From Acidimicrobiia bacterium (GTDB lineage Bacteria; Actinomycetota; Acidimicrobiia; Spongiisociales; UBA11373): a stretch of DNA of 52,840 bases. The translations under genes and the position numbers were made by a program. Positions 46,594-52,840 of this stretch are shown piece by piece. Location of the stretch: positions 147,083 to 199,922 of the forward strand of contig JBBDMM010000018.1 of the NCBI GenBank assembly GCA_040878325.1. The letters run 5' to 3'. Under the pieces are notes generated by a model. The model was not told the origin of the DNA. It searched no databases and was given only the letters and a program-made list of their open reading frames with translations. The first letter of the stretch is position 1. The number at the start of each line of letters is the position of its first letter.

Positions 46594-48281
46594 CTCGAGC
46601 TGCCACCGATGCCGCGGCAGTCGACTCCGCGGTGGCAAACCTCCGTTCGAACGCCCCCGCCTGGCTGGAACTCCCCGTGGCCGACAAAGCGGTGCGCCTT
46701 CGCGAGCTGCGGGCGCGGTTCGCCGCGGTGGCGGACGACATCGTCCATGCGGGGCTGGCGGCCAAGGGACTGGACCGCGGATACGCCGGCGAGGAGTGGG
46801 CGAGTGGGCCGCTCAGCGTCCTGCGCACGTTGCGCTTCCTCGAGGACTCGCTCCGGGGCATCGCCGCCACGGGACGGGTGCCGCTGCCGGAGTCGGCGAT
46901 CCGGGAGCGACCCGATGGCCAGGTGGCGGTGGACGTGCTGCCGGGTGACAAGTGGGATCGGCTGATGTACCCCCGGTGGACGGCCGAGGTGCGGATGGAC
47001 CCCGCCATCCCGCTGGCGTTGGCGCGCCAGTTCCTCGGCGGAATCCACACCAAGCCGGAGACCGGGTCGGCGGCGGTGGCGGCCGTGCTCGGGGCGGGCA
47101 ACGTGTCGAGCATCACCCCGCTCGACGTCGTCCATCGCTTGTTCGTGGACGGCCATGTCGTCGTCGCCAAGTGCCACCCGATCAACGAGTACCTGGGCCC
47201 GCACTTCGAGGAGGCCTTCGCCCCGCTGATCGAGGAGGGGGTGGTGCGGTTCGTCTACGGCGGCTCTGACACGGGAAGCCGGCTCATCGAACACGATGGT
47301 GTCGACAACATCCATGTGACCGGAGCCGAGCGCACCCACGACGCCATCGTCTGGGGGGTGGGGGACGTGGCGGCCCGGCGCCGGGCAGAAGGCCAACCGC
47401 GGGTGACCAAGCCGATGACCAGCGAGTTGGGCAATGTCAGCCCGGTGGTGATCGTCCCCAGCAAGTGGACCGACCGGCAGCTTCGCCACCAGGCCGAGCA
47501 CGTCGCCACCCAGGTGCTGCACAACGCCGGGCACAACTGCAATGCGGCCGAGGTGCTGGTACTCCCGGAAGGCTGGCCGCAGCGCGGCGACTTCATGGAT
47601 GCCCTCGGCGAGGCGATCGCGTCCCGCCCCCCGCGGAGCGCGTACTACCCAGGGTCGGGCGAGCGATTCGACCGGATCGTCGCCTCGGGTGACCGGGTGC
47701 GGATGTTCGGGGACCGCGGGTCAGATGCGGTCCCTCCGGCGATCGTCGAAGGAATCGACGCCGCGGGTGATTCGCCTGCCTTTGGGGAGGAGGCGTTCTG
47801 CCACGTGCTCGCCACCACCCTGATCGAGGGCGACGACCCGGGCGAATACCTGGAACGGGCGGTCGAGTTCTGCAACGACCGGCTGCGGGGCACCCTCAAT
47901 GCGACTCTTTTGGTTGACCCCGGCACCGCCCGCTCACTCGGCGGAAAAATGGGCCGGGCGGTCGCCGCCCTTCGCTACGGGTGCGTCGGGGTGAACGTGT
48001 GGGCGGCGGCGGGGTTCGCGCTCGGGGTGGTGCCCTGGGGGGCATATCCCGGCCACACCCGCGACGATATCCAAAGTGGCACCGGGTTCGTCCACAACGC
48101 CCGGCTGGTGGACCGTCCGGAGAAGACGGTGATTCGGACCCCCTTCCACCAGATCCCCAAACCGCCGTGGTCCCTGTTCCACCGGCGCAGCGGCAAAGCA
48201 TTGCGGGCCGCTGCCCGGTTCGAGGCCGCACCGAGCACCGCCCGCCTCGCCCGGCTGCTCGGCCCCGCCCTTCGCCCCTGA
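46590..48281 (+). CDS. Aldehyde dehydrogenase family protein
   Basis: LGAGN, HVTG, SELGNVSP, NAGHNC (catalytic Cys), EAFC, WGAYP. Confidence 0.85.
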   Translation: MTRAATDAAAVDSAVANLRSNAPAWLELPVADKAVRLRELRARFAAVADDIVHAGLAAKGLDRGYAGEEWASGPLSVLRTLRFLEDSLRGIAATGRVPLPESAIRERPDGQVAVDVLPGDKWDRLMYPRWTAEVRMDPAIPLALARQFLGGIHTKPETGSAAVAAVLGAGNVSSITPLDVVHRLFVDGHVVVAKCHPINEYLGPHFEEAFAPLIEEGVVRFVYGGSDTGSRLIEHDGVDNIHVTGAERTHDAIVWGVGDVAARRRAEGQPRVTKPMTSELGNVSPVVIVPSKWTDRQLRHQAEHVATQVLHNAGHNCNAAEVLVLPEGWPQRGDFMDALGEAIASRPPRSAYYPGSGERFDRIVASGDRVRMFGDRGSDAVPPAIVEGIDAAGDSPAFGEEAFCHVLATTLIEGDDPGEYLERAVEFCNDRLRGTLNATLLVDPGTARSLGGKMGRAVAALRYGCVGVNVWAAAGFALGVVPWGAYPGHTRDDIQSGTGFVHNARLVDRPEKTVIRTPFHQIPKPPWSLFHRRSGKALRAAARFEAAPSTARLARLLGPALRP

Positions 48282-48285
48282 TGCC

Positions 48286-51200
48286 TCAGCCGGTGAGGAT
48301 CATCCCCCGGTAGCTCTCGACGAAGCCGCCCGAGGCGAGGGCGTTGCCCAGCGGCGTCGCCGCCGCCGGGCTCCCGTCCACGGTGCCGATGACCATTCGT
48401 CGCATCCTCCGCCGCGCCAGCAGCGCCAGGCGATCGGCGATCGCCGCCAGGTCGCCCGACTCGTCCGAGAAGGTGAGCACCGTGCGCCCACCCCGTTCGA
48501 CGAAGGCGAGCAGCCGGCCGTCGGCGGCGAGGATCACGAACGCGCCGGCGGAGCGCGACGGCCGGCCCGGATGGTCGGGCCAGGGGAGTGCGGACCCGAA
48601 GGGGTTGGCCGGATCGGCTGCGGCCAGCAGGCTCGGCTCGACGCGATCCCGCCCGATCCGCAACCGGTCGACCGCCCCGGGCAGGGCGAACTGCGATCCC
48701 CCCATACCCTCCACGAAGTAGCCGCGTCGCAGCCGGCCGGCGTCCTCCAGGGCCCGGAACACCGGGTAGATGCCGGCGAATCCGCCGGGCAAGCCCTCGG
48801 CGAGCACCGCGTCCCGGGTGACGATCCCGTGACGGTCGAGCATCTGTTCGGCCCGCGCGGCCTGAATCGCGGTGCTCGACGCGTCCGTCGCCAGCAGGTC
48901 GGACACCAGATACCACCGCCCCGACCCGGAGGGTGGGGCCGACGCTCCCGGAAGGGCAGGCCGGGTACCGGCGATCTTGCGCACCCGTCCCCAGAGGAAC
49001 GCCCGCAGCGGGCTGAGGGTGTCGTTGGTGACCTCCCCCGCCCAGACCAGGTCCCACAGCGCGCCGAGCACGGCTTCGGGATCGCCGCCCCCCGACGCCT
49101 GATACAGGTCAGCGAAGAACGACGCACCCTTTTCGGTGAGCCTCGTGCGGATCCGCTGGTGGGTCTCGCCGCCGGGCGGCTCCGCCATCGTCGGCCAGTG
49201 GAGGAGTGGTACCTGGTCGCGGCGGTAGAGGGCGAGCTTGCCATCGCGGCCGCCGAGCGGTCCCCGGCCCACCCACACCACCTCGCCCGAGGCGGTGAGG
49301 GCGTCGAGCAGATCGGCGGTGTAATCCATCCGTGAGGCGAGAACGTCGCTCTCCAGGATCGAGGCGGGCATCGCCACGCCCTGCAGCCTGCCGATCACCT
49401 CGAGCAGGCGGCCCGGCGCCGACCCACTCCCGCCGATCCCATGCCACTCGACGGTGAACCCGGCGAACCGATCGCGATCGACCGCTTCCACCTCGCGGCG
49501 GAGAGCGGCCAGCGATCGTCTGCGGAGGCGTTGCAGTACCCGCGCGTCGACCCACTCGTGATCCCGGCCCCCCGGACGGAATGCCCCGCGTTCCACCCGG
49601 CCCCGCTGCTCCAGCGCCGCGAGGGCCGCCTCGACCGCCGCAATAGGAAGGCCGAGGTCGCCGGCCGCCTGAACTCCGGTGAACGGACCGTGGGTTCGGG
49701 CATATCGGGAGACGACATCGCCCAATGCGTCGGGCACCGGCTCGAGCAGAGCGGCGGGGAGCCCTGGCGGGGGTTCGATCCCCAACGCGTCCCGTAACCG
49801 GGCGGCGTCTTCGGGAACCGCAAAGCTCGGGGTGCCGCGATGGGTGACTCGGATCACTCGCCGGGTGGCCTCGAGCTCCTCCAGCATCACGGCCGGGTCG
49901 TCGTCTACGGTGCGCGCCGCCACCTCCTCGAGTGACAGCGGTCCCAGGTCGCGCAATAGGTCGGTGATCTCTTCCGGCCCGTGTGCCCGTGTGCCATCGG
50001 CGAGGTGCTGGAGTTCGGCTTCTACCGCGGCGACAGAGTCCGCGTCGAGCAGTTCGCGCAGCGCCGGCTCGCCGAGGATCTCCCGCAAGAGCTGGTGGTC
50101 GATGGTCAGCGCCATCGCCCGGCGCTCGGCCAGCGGAGCGTCGTACTCGTACATGAACGAGGCGACGAAGTCGAGGCTCAGGGAGGTGGCGAAGGGGCTG
50201 GGGCTCGTCACGTCGGCGACCGCCACCTGCACCCGCCGCGCCCGGATGTCGGAGAGCAGCCCTTGCAGTGCGGGGAGGTCGAAGTGCTCCTGGAGCACCT
50301 CGCGATAGGTCTCGAGGACGATCGGGAAGGACGGATAGCGCCGGGCCGCCTCGAGCAGGCTGGTGGCGCGCCGACGCTGCAGCCACAACGGGGTGCGGCG
50401 CCCGGGACGCCGGCGTGGGAGGAGCAGCGCGCGCCCGGCGGCTTCGCGGAAACGCCCGGTAAAGATGGCGCTCACCGCCACCTCATCGACCACCAGGTGC
50501 TCGACATCGTCGGGGTCGATCAGCACTTCCTCGGGGGCGGGTATCTCGTCGGCGTCGGGGAAGCGGACGATGATCCCGTCGTCGGACCACACCGCGTCCA
50601 CCTCGAATCCGTGCAGCTCTCGCATCGTCTTGGTGATCGCCAGCGCCCAGGGGGCGTGCACTCGGGCGCCGAACGGCGACAGAACCACCATTCGCCAGTC
50701 TCCCACCTCGTCGCGGTAGCGCTGCACGACGATGGTGCGGTCGGTGGGAACGGCGCCAGTGGCCGCCTGCTCTTCGTCGAGGTAGGCGATCAGGTGGGCC
50801 GCAGCCCTGGGGTCGAGCCGGTAATCCTCGGTCAGGCGTTCGACGGCCGCCGCGGGTTCCAGTGCGGCCATTTCCCGCACGAACGCGCCGAGGGCGCGCC
50901 CGGTCTCAAGGGGCCTTCCCGCGGCGTCGCCGTGCCAGAAGGGGAGCCGGGCCGAGCGGGCACCCGGCGCCGGGGTGACCACCACCCGGTCGTGGGTGAT
51001 CTCGGTCGCCTTCCAGGTGGACGAGCCGAGCACGAACACGTCGCCCACCTTGCTCTCGTGCACCATCTCCTCGTCGAGCTCGCCGACGCGCCCACCCTCG
51101 GGCAGCACCACCGGGAACAGCCCGCGATCGGGGATGGTCCCGGCGTTGGTCACCGCCAACAGCCGGGCGTTGCCCCGGGCGGTGAGGGTGCCTTCGACCC

Positions 51201-52659
51201 GGTCCCAGTCGAGCCGGGGCTTCAGTTCGGCGAAGTCATCCGAGGGGTACCGGCCGGAGAGCATGTCGAGCACCGCCTCGTAGCCGCCCCTGCCCAGATC
51301 CCGGTACGGGTAGGCGCGCCGCACCATGGCGTAAAGGTCGTCGACCCGTCGCGGCGCCACCGCGACGCAGGCCACCACCTGCTGGGCGAGCACGTCGAGC
51401 GGGTTGACGGGAACCCGGGTCTCTTCGATCAGGCCCTGGCGCATCCGGTCGACGATCAGCGCCGACTCGAGCAGGTCGCCCCGGTGCTTGGGAAACACCC
51501 GGGCCCGGCTGGGAGCCCCCACCTGATGGCCGGCTCGTCCCACCCGCTGCAGTCCCCGGGCGACGGTGGTGGGCGACTCGACCAGGATCACCAGATCCAC
51601 CGCCTCCATGTCGATGCCCAACTCGAGCGACGAGGTGGCAACCACGCACCGCAGTTCGCCCGTCTTGAGGGCCTCCTCGATCTCCACCCGCTGCTCACGC
51701 GACACCGAGCCGTGGTGGGCCCGGGCGACCTCCTCACCGGCGATCTCGTTGAGCGAGGCGGCGATTCGCTCCACCAATCCCCGGCTGTTGGAGAAGACGA
51801 TGGTGGAACGGTGGGCCATCACCAGCGCGAGGATCTCCGGGTACACCGCCGGCCAGATGGATCGGGTGGGGACGCCCTCGTCGTCGAGGGTGCCGGGTTG
51901 GGTCATGTCCTCGACGGGCACGACGATGTCGATCTCCATCGCCTTGGGGCGGGCGGCGTCGACGATGGTCACCGGTCGCGGCTGCCACGCTCCGGTCTCT
52001 TCGGTGCCGCCGCCGAGGAACCCGGCGATCACCTCGAGCGGCCGCTGCGTGGCGCTCAACCCGATCCGCTGCGGCGGGGTCGCCGCCACTTCGTCGAGGC
52101 GTTCCAGGGTGATCGCCAGGTGGGAGCCGCGCTTCGAGCCGGCGACGGCGTGGATCTCGTCGACGATCACCCAGCGGACCGTCTCCAGCATCGACCGTGC
52201 CTGGGAAGTGAGCATCAAGTAGAGGCTCTCGGGGGTGGTGATGAGCACGTCGGGCGGAGTGCGCAGCATCCGCCGGCGCTCGTCAGGGGGGGTGTCGCCG
52301 GTGCGCATCGCGGTGACGATCTCCGGCACCGGCAGGCCGAGGGACTTCGCAGCCGCGGCGATCCCGACCAGCGGGACGCGCAGGTTGCGGTCGACGTCGT
52401 ACGCCAGGGCCTTCATCGGCGACACATACAGCACCCGGCAGCGCTCGTCCCGCGCCGGTTGATCCTCGGCGAACAGCCGGTCGATCGCCCACAGGAACGC
52501 CGCCAGCGTCTTCCCCGACCCGGTGGGGGCGTGGATAAGGGTGTGAGCACCCCCAGCGATCGCCGCCCACCCCTCCTCCTGCGCCGGAGTCGGCTCAGGG
52601 AACGTCGCCTCGAACCAGTTGCGGGTAGGAGGGCTGAAGAGGGTGAGGGATGAGGGCAC
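48286..52659 (-). CDS. lhr: Lhr family SF2 helicase, long form
   Basis: APTGSGKT, DEIH, SAT, HHGS, TSSLELGID, QRVGRAGH, GTIPDRG, C-terminal RRGYFVEG..GSQF. Confidence 0.95.
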   Translation of the reverse strand: MPSSLTLFSPPTRNWFEATFPEPTPAQEEGWAAIAGGAHTLIHAPTGSGKTLAAFLWAIDRLFAEDQPARDERCRVLYVSPMKALAYDVDRNLRVPLVGIAAAAKSLGLPVPEIVTAMRTGDTPPDERRRMLRTPPDVLITTPESLYLMLTSQARSMLETVRWVIVDEIHAVAGSKRGSHLAITLERLDEVAATPPQRIGLSATQRPLEVIAGFLGGGTEETGAWQPRPVTIVDAARPKAMEIDIVVPVEDMTQPGTLDDEGVPTRSIWPAVYPEILALVMAHRSTIVFSNSRGLVERIAASLNEIAGEEVARAHHGSVSREQRVEIEEALKTGELRCVVATSSLELGIDMEAVDLVILVESPTTVARGLQRVGRAGHQVGAPSRARVFPKHRGDLLESALIVDRMRQGLIEETRVPVNPLDVLAQQVVACVAVAPRRVDDLYAMVRRAYPYRDLGRGGYEAVLDMLSGRYPSDDFAELKPRLDWDRVEGTLTARGNARLLAVTNAGTIPDRGLFPVVLPEGGRVGELDEEMVHESKVGDVFVLGSSTWKATEITHDRVVVTPAPGARSARLPFWHGDAAGRPLETGRALGAFVREMAALEPAAAVERLTEDYRLDPRAAAHLIAYLDEEQAATGAVPTDRTIVVQRYRDEVGDWRMVVLSPFGARVHAPWALAITKTMRELHGFEVDAVWSDDGIIVRFPDADEIPAPEEVLIDPDDVEHLVVDEVAVSAIFTGRFREAAGRALLLPRRRPGRRTPLWLQRRRATSLLEAARRYPSFPIVLETYREVLQEHFDLPALQGLLSDIRARRVQVAVADVTSPSPFATSLSLDFVASFMYEYDAPLAERRAMALTIDHQLLREILGEPALRELLDADSVAAVEAELQHLADGTRAHGPEEITDLLRDLGPLSLEEVAARTVDDDPAVMLEELEATRRVIRVTHRGTPSFAVPEDAARLRDALGIEPPPGLPAALLEPVPDALGDVVSRYARTHGPFTGVQAAGDLGLPIAAVEAALAALEQRGRVERGAFRPGGRDHEWVDARVLQRLRRRSLAALRREVEAVDRDRFAGFTVEWHGIGGSGSAPGRLLEVIGRLQGVAMPASILESDVLASRMDYTADLLDALTASGEVVWVGRGPLGGRDGKLALYRRDQVPLLHWPTMAEPPGGETHQRIRTRLTEKGASFFADLYQASGGGDPEAVLGALWDLVWAGEVTNDTLSPLRAFLWGRVRKIAGTRPALPGASAPPSGSGRWYLVSDLLATDASSTAIQAARAEQMLDRHGIVTRDAVLAEGLPGGFAGIYPVFRALEDAGRLRRGYFVEGMGGSQFALPGAVDRLRIGRDRVEPSLLAAADPANPFGSALPWPDHPGRPSRSAGAFVILAADGRLLAFVERGGRTVLTFSDESGDLAAIADRLALLARRRMRRMVIGTVDGSPAAATPLGNALASGGFVESYRGMILTG

Positions 52660-52703
52660 GGGGGAAGATTACGGAGTCGGTGCGACGAGGGCTTTCCGCC
52701 TGC

Positions 52704-52840
52704 GTCCTCCCCCGGCTTCCGGGGGAGGTGGCTGGCGGGCGGGAAGCCCGGCAGACGAAGGGGGCAGAGTGTGTCCTCCCCCGGTTTCCGGGGGAGGTGG
52801 CTGGCGGGCGGGAAGCCCGGCAGACGAAGGGGGCAGAGTG
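52704..52840 (+). repeat. Two tandem REP-like copies (69-bp period), running to the window end
   Basis: GTCCTCCCCCGGYTTCCGGGGGAGGTGG-hairpin-GACGAAGGGGGCAGAGTG x2. Confidence 0.9.

Overview
High-GC bacterial chromosomal window, most likely Actinomycetota and probably Acidimicrobiia-like. This is inferred from an F420-dependent LLM enzyme, PAC2, LexA-boxed dnaE2, MurT/GatD, long Lhr and pervasive leaderless genes. About 50 CDS are supportable, mostly housekeeping: a TPP-riboswitch thiN-thiBPQ operon, dnaE2, thiolase, aroQ, aspartate aminotransferase, murT-gatD, haloalkane dehalogenase and lhr. No rRNA, tRNA, CRISPR, transposase or integrase was seen, and there is one scaffold gap (29825-29834). 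Six observations stand out. (1) A ~2 kb low-GC insert (~37830-39900) carries a winged-helix + pPIWI_RE_Y/HEPN-like gene pair, a candidate defence or toxin-antitoxin module, beside a frameshifted amidohydrolase remnant. (2) A TGACATCA-N3-TGATGTCA operator is shared by an RHH-DUF4097 operon and a distant MFS exporter. (3) An orphan histidine kinase is fused through a 6x30-bp repeat to an AAA+ lid/winged-helix-like fragment. (4) FliA/WhiG-like promoters (CTCAAG-N15-GCCGA) precede four unlinked genes. (5) Heptamer tandem tracts and a modular REP-like element fill many intergenic gaps. (6) One heptamer hairpin sits in frame inside dnaE2. All family assignments come from motif recognition by eye, not from database searches.
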